Positions 50,655 through 61,825 of a DNA stretch of 64,000 nt are shown here, piece after piece; the first letter of the stretch is position 1; each line of letters begins with the position of its first letter. Made by a program: the position numbers and the translations under genes. The stretch lies in the NCBI RefSeq assembly GCF_035084215.1, contig NW_027139581.1, forward strand, positions 496,001-560,000. The letters are read 5' to 3'. Origin of the DNA: Heptranchias perlo (Eukaryota). The notes beneath the pieces were generated by a model. It was not told the DNA's origin, did not search any database, and was given only the letters and a program-made list of their open reading frames with translations.

Positions 50655-52020
50655 CCAACAACATCTTGCATTTCTATCGCGCCTTTAACGTTGTAAAACG
50701 TCCCAAGGCGCTTCATAGGAGCGATTATCAAACAAAATTTGACACTGAGGCCCATAAGGAGATATTAGGACAGGTGAACAAAAGCTTGGTCAAAGAGGTA
50801 GGTTTTAAGGAGCATCTTAAAGGGGAGGGAGAGGTAGAGAGGCGGAGAGGTTTAGGGAGGGGATTACAGAGTTTAGGTCCAAGGCATCTAAAGGCACGGC
50901 CACCAATGGTGGAGCGATTAAAATCGGGGATGAGCAAGGCGCCGGAATTGGAGAAGAACAGAGACCTCGGAGGGTTGTAGAGCTGGAGGAGGTTACAGAG
51001 ATAGGGAGGAGTGAGGCCATGGAGGAATTTGAAAACAAGGATGAGAAATTTAAAATCGAAGCGTTCCCGGACCGACAGCCAATGGACGTCAGCGATCAAA
51101 GGGGTGATGGGTGAACGGAACTTGGTGCGAGTTAGGATACGGGGCAGCAGAGTTTTGGATCAGCCCACGTTTATGGAGGGCGGAAGATGGGAGGCCGGCC
51201 GGGAGAGCATTGGAATAATCAAGTCTAGAGGTAATAAAGGCAGGGATGAGGGTTTCAGCAGCAGATGAGCTGAGGCAGGGGTGGAGACGGGTGATGTTAC
51301 GGAGGCGGAAGTCGGCGGTCTTGATGATGGAGATGATTTGTGGTCGGAAGCTTAATTCAGGGTCAAATAGGACGCTGAGTTTGTGAACGGCCTGGTTCAG
51401 CCTCAGAGAGTGGCCAGGGAGAGGGATGGAGTCGGTGGCCTCGGGAACGGAGTTAATGGCGGGGACCAAACGCAACGACTTCTGTCCTCCCAATATTTAG
51501 TTGGAGGACATTTTTGCTCATCCAGCACTGGATGTCGGACAAGCAGTGTGACAAATCAGAGACAGTGGAGGGGTTGAGGGAGGTGGTGGTGAGGTCGAGC
51601 TGGGTGTCGTCAGCGTACACGTGGGATCTGACGTCGTGTTTTCGTTTGATGTCGCTGAGAGGCAGCATATAGATTAGAAATAGGAGGGGGCCAAAGATAG
51701 ATCCTTGGGGGACTCCAGAATTAACGGTGCGGGAGCGGGAAGAGAAGCCATTGCAGGTGATTCTCTGGCTACCACTGGGTAGCTTAGAATGGAACCAGGC
51801 GAGCACAGTCCCGCCCAGCTGGACGACGGAGAAGAGGCTTTGGAAGAGGATGATGTTGTCAATCGTATCAAAGGCGGCAGGCAGATCGAGAAGGACGAGG
51901 AGGGATAGCTTACCACGGCCACAGTCACATAGCATGTCATTTGTAACTTTGCTAAGCGCCATTTCAGGGCAGGAACCTGATTGGAGGGGATCATAAAGGA
52001 GTTGTGGTAAAGATGGGAAC
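50655..52020 (-). mobile_element. L2-clade LINE (RT to 3' end), left part
   Basis: LLVLLDLPAAFDTID, SGVPQGSIFGPLLFLIYM, YADDTQL, FITSRLDYSNALPAGLP, HWLSVRERFDFK. Confidence 0.92.
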
Positions 52021-52029
52021 AGGTATTTG

Positions 52030-54525
52030 ATATTAATCAGGAAATAAGGGGGGCTTGTAAAAATGGTAATGCAATAATCATGGGCGATTTTAACTTTCAC
52101 AGAGATTGGGCAAAACAAATTCGCAAAAATAGCCCTGAGGAGGAGTTCATAGAGTGTATTAGGGACTGTTTCTTAGATCAATACGTCGGGGAACCAACCA
52201 GGGAACAGGCCATTTTGGATCTGGTAATGGGTAACAAAACAGGATTAATTAATGATCTCAAAGTAAAGGATCCCCTGTGAAGCAGTGATCATAACATGAT
52301 AGAATTTCACATCCAGTTTGAGAGCGAGGATTTTGGGTCTGAAATTACTGCATTAAACTTAATTAAGGAATGAGGGCAGAATTGGCTGAAGTGGACTGGG
52401 TAAACAGATTAGATGGTATGATGGTGGATAAGCAGTGGCAAACATTTAAAAAGATATTTTAAGACTCGCAACAAAATATATCCCTGTGGGGAGGAAAGAA
52501 TCCACAAAAAGGATGCATTAGGGTTAGCTAAATAAGGAAGTAAAGGATGGTATCAGGTTAAAAGAAAAAGCACACAACATGGCAAAGATTACTGGTAAGC
52601 CCAAAGATTGGGAAAACTTTAAAAACCAGCAAAGGATGAATAAAAGAATAATAAAGAGGGAGAAAAAATATGATGAGAATAAACTGGCAAGAAATATAAA
52701 AACTGACAGTAAAAGCTTGTACAAGTATATAAAAAGGAAGAGGGTAGCTAAAGTAAACTTTGGTCCCTTAGAGGATGAGACTGGGGAAATAATAATGGAA
52801 AACAAGGAAATGGCAGAGGAATTGAACAGATATTTTGTATCTGTCTTCACAGTAGAAGACATAATAATATACCAATAATAGTAGAAAATCAAGGGGCAAA
52901 GGGGAGGGAGGAACTAAAAGCAATCACTATCACTGGAGAAAAAGTACTAGGTGAAATAATGGGTCTAAAGACTGACAAGTCCCCTGAACCTGATGGCTTG
53001 CATGCAAGGTTCTTAAAGGAAGTGGCTACAGAGAAAGTGGATGCATTGGTTGTAATCTTCCAGAATTCATTAGATTCTGGAAAGTTCCCAGCGGACTGGA
53101 AAACCGCAAACGTAACATCCCTTTGAAGAAGGGCGTGAGACAGAAATCAGGTAACTATTGACCAGTTAGCCTAACATCTGTCATTGGGAAAATGCTAGAA
53201 TCCATTATTAAGGAAGTAGCAGCAGGACATTTGGAAGCTCATAATACAATCAAGGAGAGTCAAAATGGTTTAATGAAGGCGAAATCGTGTCTGACAAATT
53301 TATTAGAGTTCTTTAAGGAAGTAACCGGCAGGGTGGATAAAGGGGAACCAATGGATGCAGTATATTTGGATTTCCAAAAGGCATTCGATAAAATGCTACA
53401 CAAAATATTATTGCTTAAGATAAGAGCTTGTGGTGTTGGGGGTTATATAATGGCATGCATAGAGGATTGGCTAATTAACAGAAAACAAAGAGTCGGGATA
53501 AAAGGGTCATTTTCAAAATGGCAATCTGTAACTAGTGGGGTGCCGCAGGGCTCAGTGCTGGGGCCTCAACTATTTACAATATATATCAATGACTTGGATG
53601 AAGGAACAGAGTGTCTTGTGGCCAAATTTGCTGATGATACAAAGATAGGTGAAAAGCAAGTTGTGATGAGGACATAAAGTGTTTGTAAAGGGATATTGAC
53701 AGGTTAAGCGATTGGGCAAAATTTGGCAGATGGAATTTAATGTGGAAAAATGTGAAGTCATCCACTTTGGGAGCAAAAATAAGAAAGCAAAATATTATTT
53801 GAATGGAGAAATACTACAAAATGTTGCGGTACAGAGGGATCTGGGTGTCCTCGTACATGAAACACAAAAAGTCAACATAAAGGTGCAGCAGGTAATCCGG
53901 AAGGCAAACGGAATATTGGCCTTTATTTCCAGGGGATTAGAGTATAAAAGCAGGGAAGCCATGCTACAACTGTACAGGATGCTGGTGAGACCATACCTGG
54001 AGTATTGCGTACAGTTCTGGTGCCCTTATTTAAGGAAGGACACACTTGCATAGGAGGCAGTTCAGAGAAGGTTCATTCGGATGATTCCGGGTATGAAAGG
54101 TTTGTCTTACGAGGAAAGATTGAACAGGTTGCGTCTGTACTCATTGGAGTTTCGAAGAATGAGAGGAGATCTTATTGAAACATACAAGATTCTGAGGGGA
54201 CTCGATAGGGGAATCTAAAACTAGGGGGCATAGTCTCAGAATAAGGGGGTCGCCCGCTTAAGCGGATATTAGCAGGAATTTCTTCTCCCAGAGGGTCGTG
54301 AATCTTTGGAATTCTTTACCCCAAAAAGCTGTGGAGGCTGAGTCATTGAACACATTCAAGGCTCGGTTAGACAAATTTTTGATCAGCAAGGGAGTCAAAG
54401 GATATAGGGAAAGGGCGGGAAAGTGGAGTTGAGGTAAAAATCAGATCAGCCATGATCTCATGAAATGGCAGAGCAGGGTCGAGGGGCCGAATGGCCTACT
54501 CCTGCTCCTATCTCTTATGGTCTCT
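52030..54525 (+). mobile_element. CR1 LINE (endonuclease C-terminal part, RT, 3' end) inserted into the L2
   Basis: [62 protein letters not shown]; tail tcttatggtctcttatg. Confidence 0.92.
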
Positions 54526-54526
54526 T

Positions 54527-54825
54527 ATGGGAGGCGAGAACACATTCAAAGACTTTGGAGAGGAAAGGGAGGTTGGAGATGGGGCGGTAGTTTGCAAGGG
54601 CAGAAGGGGCAAGTGTGGGTTTTTTTTAGTACGGGGGTGATGACGGCAGATTTGAAGGGGAGGGGTCAGTACCTGAGGAGATCGAGCCGTTAATAATATC
54701 AGCTGACATGTATCGTTAACAATATCGGCTAACATTGGGGCCAGGAAGGGAAGTTTGGTGGTCAGCAGTTTGTTGGGAATTGGGTCGAGGGGGCAGGAGG
54801 TGGGTCTCATGGACAGGATGAGAAG
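54527..54825 (-). mobile_element. L2 LINE, right part resuming after the CR1 insertion
   Basis: MRPTSCPLDPIP..LL...LAPMLADIVN; sequence continues in register with the uninterrupted L2 at 23985-24120. Confidence 0.8.
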
Positions 54826-55234
54826 TGGGATATTTAAATCCTTCTTTGGCAGTAACGCAAAATCGACGATAACGAATTGCAGCCCATTTTACAATCCACC
54901 CAACTTTCATTTCTATATAAGTGAAGAGGAATTTGTTCAGTGTGGGTGTGATATAGGGGCAGAAATCCGCCTTGGGCAGTGGGGCAAATGGAGCAGTATC
55001 GAATCGGCCGCCTGTTTGTCGCCCCGCCTGATATTCACTCCCATTGAAGTATAATGGGAGGTTGTTGCAATACCGCCAGTTGTGAGCTACCGCCCATTGG
55101 GTATCAATTCATCATGTCTGTGGTGCAAAACGGGCGACAGCCAATCGGTGATCCGTTTTGAACTGCCTTAAATGGAAAAGAAACTCGGGCAGGGGGAAAA
55201 CGAGCTGCCGATTGGCTGTCGTTGACTTTGCATT

Positions 55235-55870
55235 TCACTCTCATGGTCGAAAGAACGGTGTATCGAGAAATAATGTCACCTCTTAATGTGAACCCTTTCT
55301 CTCTCATCGTCTAATGAACGGTGAAAAGAGAAATAATGTCACCTCTTAATGTGAACCCTTTCTCTCTCATAGTCTAAAGAACGTTGTATGGAGAAATAAT
55401 GTCACCTCTTAATGTGAACCCTTTCTCTCTCATGGTCGAATGAACGGTGTATGGAGAAATAATGTCACCTCTTAATGTGAACCCTTTCTCTCTCATTGTC
55501 CAAAGAACGGTGTACAGAGAAATAATGTCACCTCTTAATGTGAACCCTTTCTCTCTCATGGTCTAAAGAACGGTGTGTAGAGAAATAATGTCACCTCTTA
55601 ATGTGAACCCTTTCTCTCTCATAGTCTAAAGAACGTTGTATGGAGAAATAATGTCACCTCTTAATGTGAACCCTTTCTCTCTCATAGTCTAAAGAACGTT
55701 GTATGGAGAAATAATGTCACCTCTTAATGTGAACCCTTTCTCTCTCATGGTCTAATGAACGGTGTAGAGAAATAATGTCACCTCTTAATGTGAACCCTTT
55801 CTCTCTCATGGTCTAATGAACGGTGTAGAGAAATAATGTCACCTCTTAATGTGAACCCTTTCTCTCTCAT
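55235..55870. repeat. 63-bp minisatellite, ~10 copies, in the J-Cmu1 intron
   Basis: Unit gagaaataatgtcacctcttaatgtgaaccctttctctctcatrgtctaawgaacgktgtatg; period 63 (55391 to 55454). Confidence 0.95.
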
Positions 55871-57149
55871 GATGCATCGAGCAACTTCTCCCATTTGCTT
55901 TCTTGCTGTAATCAAATATTGGGCCAAGTTTCGGGGTAATTTCTGTTTACTCCTAATGTCCCTTCACTTAAAGATACATAAATAATAATAATATCAACAA
56001 CAATATTAAAACTAGTATTAATAATGTGGTAATAATAGTATTATTATCAACAGCAATGATAATAACTATTAATAATGTCAGCCGAGACACGCCTTGTAAA
56101 TGCGGGTAGGACCTTTGGACCAGAACTGTTCCCTGTCCTATTCTTCCACCGCCCTCAACACATCCGAGTCCGGGTCTAGTTATTGTTTGTTTACCGCCTG
56201 GCTCGGGTCTCAAATCGCCAACACAGATGAGCTGCGGAACGTCTATTTGCGAAAGTAGCGCTCTTCCGTTTCATAAATGATCTGTGCCACAGCCTCGACT
56301 GCAGAGAAATAGTTCAATAAAACACGAATGGTAGATTTTTGTTTTCGCTGGCTGGACATTAAGGATAATCTCAGCGTCGCGCTGAACAACAATCTGGGGT
56401 GGGGGGAGGGGGGAGGGAAATCTGATCGGAAAAACTAGACGTCCCTCACAGAATCCACCTGATCTTCCTCCTATTTAAACTAATGGAAGGAAAATCGGGA
56501 GAGTTTTGTAGCAGGTCTGCAATCCTCTCCACTCAAATTTCCTCTCTGTGCACAGAGCAGGGATTGTTTAACACCCAGGCGGGAATCTACACCGACATCT
56601 TCACACTTTAACTTCGAAATGTGGAATTCAGAACACTTCAAGTTTAATTGAAACGACACAAGGATCCGTGCAAAACAGAGCAGCGCTTCGTTTAATTATC
56701 AGAGACCCTGAATATAACGGAGCAAATGGAGAAACGAGCCTTTGGTTCGAACTTCTAACTTCGGCGCGAGCGTAATTCAGGGAAAACCAGGCGTTGTGTA
56801 ATTCGGAGAGCCCATCCGCTACCGCCCGTTTTACGCACCGCACAAGTTGAATTTTACCTCCAGAGTGCTGATAATAAATTAATGTTGATATTAACGTCAT
56901 TTTAGTGAAACAAATCTGTTTGCAGTTTAAAATTGTTTCGAGTTTCCTTCCAGCCTTACGAGGTCAGTAGTTTTTAAAATTTAATTAACTAATGTAATTT
57001 AATTAAACGAAGATCATTTTAACAATTCCGCTTGAATTCCAGCAATAGCCGCATCGCTGCCTCCAACCTTATAATTTCCTCCACTCTGCCTAGTTTATTT
57101 CTTGTCTATTTCCAACCTTGTGAAGTCTGAAAGTTCTTTGATTAAAATA

Positions 57150-57295
57150 TATTGGTGGTAATTTTGACTTGGTGGGACAGTGTAAAACTGGTGATTCACG
57201 TCATTGGAAATAAAAGCCGGGAGAGATGCTAAACGGGCTGTCGACTCCCCAGCACCCGTTTCGCACTGTCGCCAAAATCAAAATTACCCCCATTC
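57150..57295. mobile_element. MITE-like element with imperfect terminal inverted repeats
   Basis: ggtaattttgacttgg..gacagtgtaaaactggtg is mirrored by cacccgtttcgcactgtcgccaaaatcaaaattacc. Confidence 0.6.
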
Positions 57296-57979
57296 ATTTT
57301 AAAAATTCTGTTTGGCTTCTATACCAGTTTATCTCTTTCTGCCAATGATTTTCTGCACTTCTTTAGTAAAGCCTGTCTCACTACCTAAAATAGTGAGACA
57401 GGCTTTACTAAAGATAATATACAAAGAGCCAACATTTTTGGACAGTTTACTAACAATAAAACTGCCTCCATTGAAGAGTAAGTACTTAATAAACCAAGAG
57501 GTATTTTAAATTGCAATCTATCCAGCCACAAGCTCCACTTTGCTCATTAATTAAATATAATATATAAAATCATCAAGACGAAACCAGGATACAGCAACTA
57601 TTTAAAATCTGAAGTGAGACCTTATGGAGCTCAATCACAACTGAGTAAGACAGGCGGTGATTTGTGAAATTAATTGTAACATAATCGATTGATTTTTCTC
57701 CCATCTCTGACATTTTCTCCTGACGGTGTTGTGAATGGGACATTTGTGGAAGGCGGTTTGTGTTTAATTGATTATATTGTAAGTTAATATTGATATTATT
57801 TGATGCTGTATTAAATTATAGTAAAATCCAATATTAATTTTAAACCTGCTTCTGTGCATTGTGGAAATGTTAACAACATTTTCGTGACAGATATTCAATA
57901 TGAACGAATCGAATATTATATTAACAGATTAATATATTAGTTTTATGTGAATAAAGGCACAGAAATTAGATTTAAATTA

Positions 57980-58200
57980 CGCAGCGAGTTGTTATGATTT
58001 GGAATGCAGTGAAAGGGCGGTGGAAGCAGATTGAAAAGTAATTTTCAAAAAGAATTGGATAAATACTTGAAAGGAAAAAACAAAGTTATGAAGAAAGAGC
58101 AGGGGAATGGGACTGATTGGATAGCTCTTTCAAAGAGCTGGCACAGGCACGATGGGCCGAATGGCCTCCTCCTGTGCTGTACCCACTATGATACAATGAT
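57980..58200 (+). mobile_element. Short CR1 3' fragment
   Basis: FQKELDKYLK and 3' UTR gatgggccgaatggcctcc. Confidence 0.7.
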
Positions 58201-58786
58201 GCATCTAGCTTCTAATATTTATATGCTCTGACTCTACACAATTAGAATCTCTGTAGTTTTCTGAGATCACTGAAACAATACAGACTCTGCGGATTTTCAC
58301 AGTGTCTTTCACATGATGGAGTCAGGAGTGGATTTTTAAGCAGTTTTCTACACGGCCGAGCGAGTACTCTACACTCATAAAGAATTTCAGTATATCCTGA
58401 AAGGAGCCCCATGTACATGATCTCGTACTGAGCCCAAAGCATTTGGGACGACATTGAAACAGAGAACTGCATTAGCCAGATGTTATCAAATTAAACATTG
58501 CAGAAACAAAAAATAAACACAGTTCAGCATCAGGTTTCCAGTTTCAAATAACCCATACTCGCAGATAAACAAGATCCCACAATAATCAAGGAGAAATGCA
58601 GGAGTAAAACAACTGCTTTGATCTATAAAAACTCAGATGAACAATCAAAAGTTACACACCAATAAATCTAAGGAAACAGTGCCAACTTCTCAGGATTGTG
58701 AAAATAATTAACTATTAAAACCGAACGAAATATAAGATTAAACATACAAATTAAACACTGCTACTAAATTAGTGCATGTTTCTTAC

Positions 58787-58873
58787 CTGCAGTCACCGTC
58801 ACCATGGTCCCTTGTCCCCAGTAGTCGAAGTAATCACTGCGTTACATTCCTTCACCTGGGTCACACAATAAGG
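58787..58873 (-). other. IGHJ: Germline IgH J segment (58787-58834, YFDYWGQGTMVTVTA) with 23-bp RSS
   Basis: WGxG motif, donor G|gtaaga; heptamer CACTGCG 58835-58841, 23-bp spacer, nonamer ACAATAAGG 58865-58873. Confidence 0.96.
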
Positions 58874-59221
58874 GGCTCTGCACACGGTATCGAAAACAGT
58901 CTACATTATTTTAAGTTTTGACATTCCAGAGGCAAGGTAAAGTTACGATAGATTTATGTGATATTAAAAGTCATTATAGAGAGCAACAAATGGTTCCATT
59001 TGATTGTTTATAAATTACTTTGATATTTGCGATCTCATACATTCGTTGATGAACATTTTTCCAAATCGCCAACAATTTCGTGAATAATTGTTATAGTTGA
59101 TCTGCCGAATCCTTGTCAGGACTGCAGTGCGAGATAACAATACATGAATATTCCTTTAATACATTCGCAGTTATATTCCAGCCGGAGCACTGCCCCAGTT
59201 TCACCCCATGAATGTTGAAAG

Positions 59222-59290
59222 GGTTTTTGTATTGACAATTAATGCTGTGCCACCCAGTTATACACCATGATACACACCGTGTCAAATACT
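59222..59290 (-). other. Germline IgH D2 segment (core TATAACTGGGTGG, 59250-59262) with 12/12 RSS
   Basis: J side: heptamer CACAGCA, 12 bp, nonamer ACAAAAACC; V side: heptamer CACCATG, 12 bp, nonamer TCAAATACT. Confidence 0.92.
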
Positions 59291-59607
59291 TCTGCTAACA
59301 TATAGCTTTGGTTTGTAGATCTAAATTCCAAACAGCTTACAAAAAACTCGATGCAGATTCACCAGTGGATGCATTAATGTGATGCTTGTATCAGTATAAC
59401 TTGTTATATGTTTATGAAAAGCCACGTTTTACTGTTAAGACACACAACCAGTCTTTGCATGGAATTTAAATTCGTCAGTTCAATTTACCCTTTATAGCTG
59501 GTTTTATAAACTTGGAGATATTTCTGACAGTGATATATATGGAATGACACTAATGTTGCTGTTCATGATGGTTTTGTGATCACAGATTTCAGCAGGATCC
59601 CGCTCAG

Positions 59608-59688
59608 TGTTACTGTATGACGAGATGTCGATATGAAGCACTGTGGATCCACTGTAGTATCACAATGACACACGCCAGCACAAATACT
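59608..59688 (-). other. Germline IgH D1 segment (core ATACTACAGTGGATC, 59646-59660) with 12/22 RSS
   Basis: V side: CACAATG, 12 bp, ACAAATACT; D2 side: CACAGTG, 22 bp, ACAGTAACA; core resembles shark IgM D1 as I recall it. Confidence 0.93.
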
Positions 59689-60064
59689 GCACTCGCTCTC
59701 TGTGCAGCACTGTCTGTCAAAATTCACTTTCAAAAAACCCTTATTGGGACTGCAACCTGACTAGAAATTCACTCAGGGTGACAGAAAGAGAACACATCTG
59801 TGCACATCAGCGACCAGTGGTAGAATATATTGAAACAAGTATTAACTTCAAATTTCCATTCCTCACACATAGAAGTGCTGGACACCAGCAGAGTCCCTTC
59901 TCCTCATTATTACAACAACAGTTCATATTTTATATCAGTTAACTGTCCTTAAACAAGATGCTTTGATAAGAAATACCGTCTATTTGAAAGTACTGCTATT
60001 AACATTGTACTTTATTTAATTACTAACCGTCAGGTTATAGTTGGAACGGTTGGATTTCTCCTCC

Positions 60065-60103
60065 TGTTTTTGTGCAGGCCCAGCCCCGGACCCCCTCCCC
60101 GTG
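60065..60103 (-). other. V-segment 23-bp RSS
   Basis: Heptamer CACGGGG (60097-60103), 23-bp spacer, nonamer ACAAAAACA (60065-60073). Confidence 0.9.
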
Positions 60104-60406
60104 GGTATCTTGCACAGTAATACATGGCGGTGTCTTCGGTCTTCAAATTCGTCATTTTCAGATAAAAGGTTGTGCTGTCTTTGGATGGGGTGAATCGATC
60201 TTGAACTCCGGGTGCGTAATAATTCGTGGCTGTGTGCTTATGATAGAGCAGTAACCACTCCAGCCCTTTCCCAGGAACTTGCTTAATCCAAGCCATGTAA
60301 TAGCTGTTGACATTGAACCCAGTCACCGAACAGGACAGTGTCTGAGTCTCCGTGGGCTTTGCGGTAACGGAATCCGATTGAGTCAGCACGATGTTGCATT
60401 GGACAT
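60104..60406 (-). CDS. IGHV: Germline IgH V exon: (YVQC)NIVLTQSDSVTAKPTETQTLSCSVTGFNVNSYYMAWIKQVPGKGLEWLLLYHKHTATNYYAPGVQDRFTPSKDSTTFYLKMTNLKTEDTAMYYCAR
   Basis: Open frame with both Cys, Trp, GLEW and DTAxYYCAR; acceptor ccccattttaag is in phase with the leader. Confidence 0.97.
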
Positions 60407-60684
60407 CTTAAAATGGGGGGGAAAGTTCGGATGTCAATTAAAACGGTCATAATTAAAGATAGTCGCAAAAGTAAAACAGAATATTTAAAAATATAAATAT
60501 TTAAAAATAGTTCTTTTTTATACAATATCTTGAACGAATCATTGACGATTTTATTTTGTTGTAATGCTGGAGAACAGATAAATCGGTTCTTTCCTGACGT
60601 ATTTGCAATTTCGCTAAGATAATCTTCACATTGTAATCAGAGGAATTTCCCCCACCCTGAGCTGAAAAGGGAAAGAGTACTCAC

Positions 60685-60733
60685 AGGTAAAGTAAGACAG
60701 AAGTAAACAGAGGTAGAAGCCAAGCGCCATCAT
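60685..60733 (-). CDS. IGHV: IgH leader exon MMALGFYLCLLLSYFT
   Basis: 49 bp hydrophobic signal exon, donor T|gtgagt, phase 1 joins the V exon in frame. Confidence 0.92.
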
Positions 60734-60805
60734 TTGCTTTCTTGATCAAACTCTCTGCTCCCCACAACAGCCTCCTGATTGCTGACCTGAAGCCGAGCGC
60801 TCCAC

Positions 60806-60813
60806 TATTTAAA
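60806..60813 (-). promoter_or_regulatory. TATA-like box of the VH promoter (TTTAAATA)
   Basis: About 75 bp upstream of the leader ATG; no ATGCAAAT octamer nearby, as expected for chondrichthyan IgH promoters. Confidence 0.55.
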
Positions 60814-61695
60814 CTGCCTGGAGCTCCTTGAGCTGAAGCCCGGGGCTGGAAATCATCCGCCTCCTTCAGCAGTAGTTTGGCTCCTCCTCTCTTTTCCTTT
60901 CTCAGCTCAACGATCTGATTTTCGATCAACAAAAAAATTAGCACCAATAATCCATTTTCTGTGCTCAACTCTCAAAATTATTGTTGCTTTGTATTGGCTA
61001 ATTATCGATCTAGATAATACAGTCAATCCAAAACAAATTTAGTTTAAAAGATAGTATAAGGAGTCTGATTCTCCCCACATTGTTATTCCCTATAGAGTTG
61101 GTGTCAGTGAATAGAATGCAAACGGAGAGAGGAAGTAATTATTATTGTACCAATTCTATAGGATGTTTAACAAGAAAAGTTGGGAAACTATTGCATTTAT
61201 GTTCAGGTATCAGATACCGTTTCTATGCAGTTCTGTACTTAATGTGAGCTCTCCCCATCACTCGGGCCCCTGATACTAACTTTACTATCGGTAGTGGGGT
61301 AAAATTACTGATATTGAACGATTGTAAATTGTGAAGCAATCCACCTGTCTGTGCAGGAGATTACACAGTTTCTCCAAAACTGTCACCCTCAGAATTAAAT
61401 TCTCAAACGCCTTGCTTTCTAATGAGAATTAGCATATTGCACATTGTAAATGTCCTGAATACTAAAAAATTAAAGACTATTGAAAAGTGTGAAAGAAAAA
61501 AAATAAACGGAGACATTGTTTTATTAATGTTAGATAGATTTTTTAATTTTTACAAGGAAAGTGAGATTATTAGTTCCCATGTTCTAGCTGAAGGTCTGAT
61601 CTTTGATCCATTGTTGGATTAATCAGAGATGCAGCTGTTTTGGTTCCAGTGAACGTGACTCCCAGCGCTGGGTAAAATTCGTGTTGTGGGCAACA

Positions 61696-61825
61696 NNNNN
61701 NNNNNNNNNNNNNNNNNNNNNNNNNNNNNNNNNNNNNNNNNNNNNNNNNNNNNNNNNNNNNNNNNNNNNNNNNNNNNNNNNNNNNNNNNNNNNNNNNNNN
61801 NNNNNNNNNNNNNNNNNNNNNNNNN
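61696..61825. other. Assembly gap (130 N)
   Basis: Run of N. Confidence 1.

Noticed and set aside
59698-59739. Possible third D segment (ctctgtg-cag-cactgtc followed by tcaaaaaac)
   Set aside because: The spacer to the nonamer-like run is about 15 bp, there is no nonamer on the other side, and the core would be 3 bp
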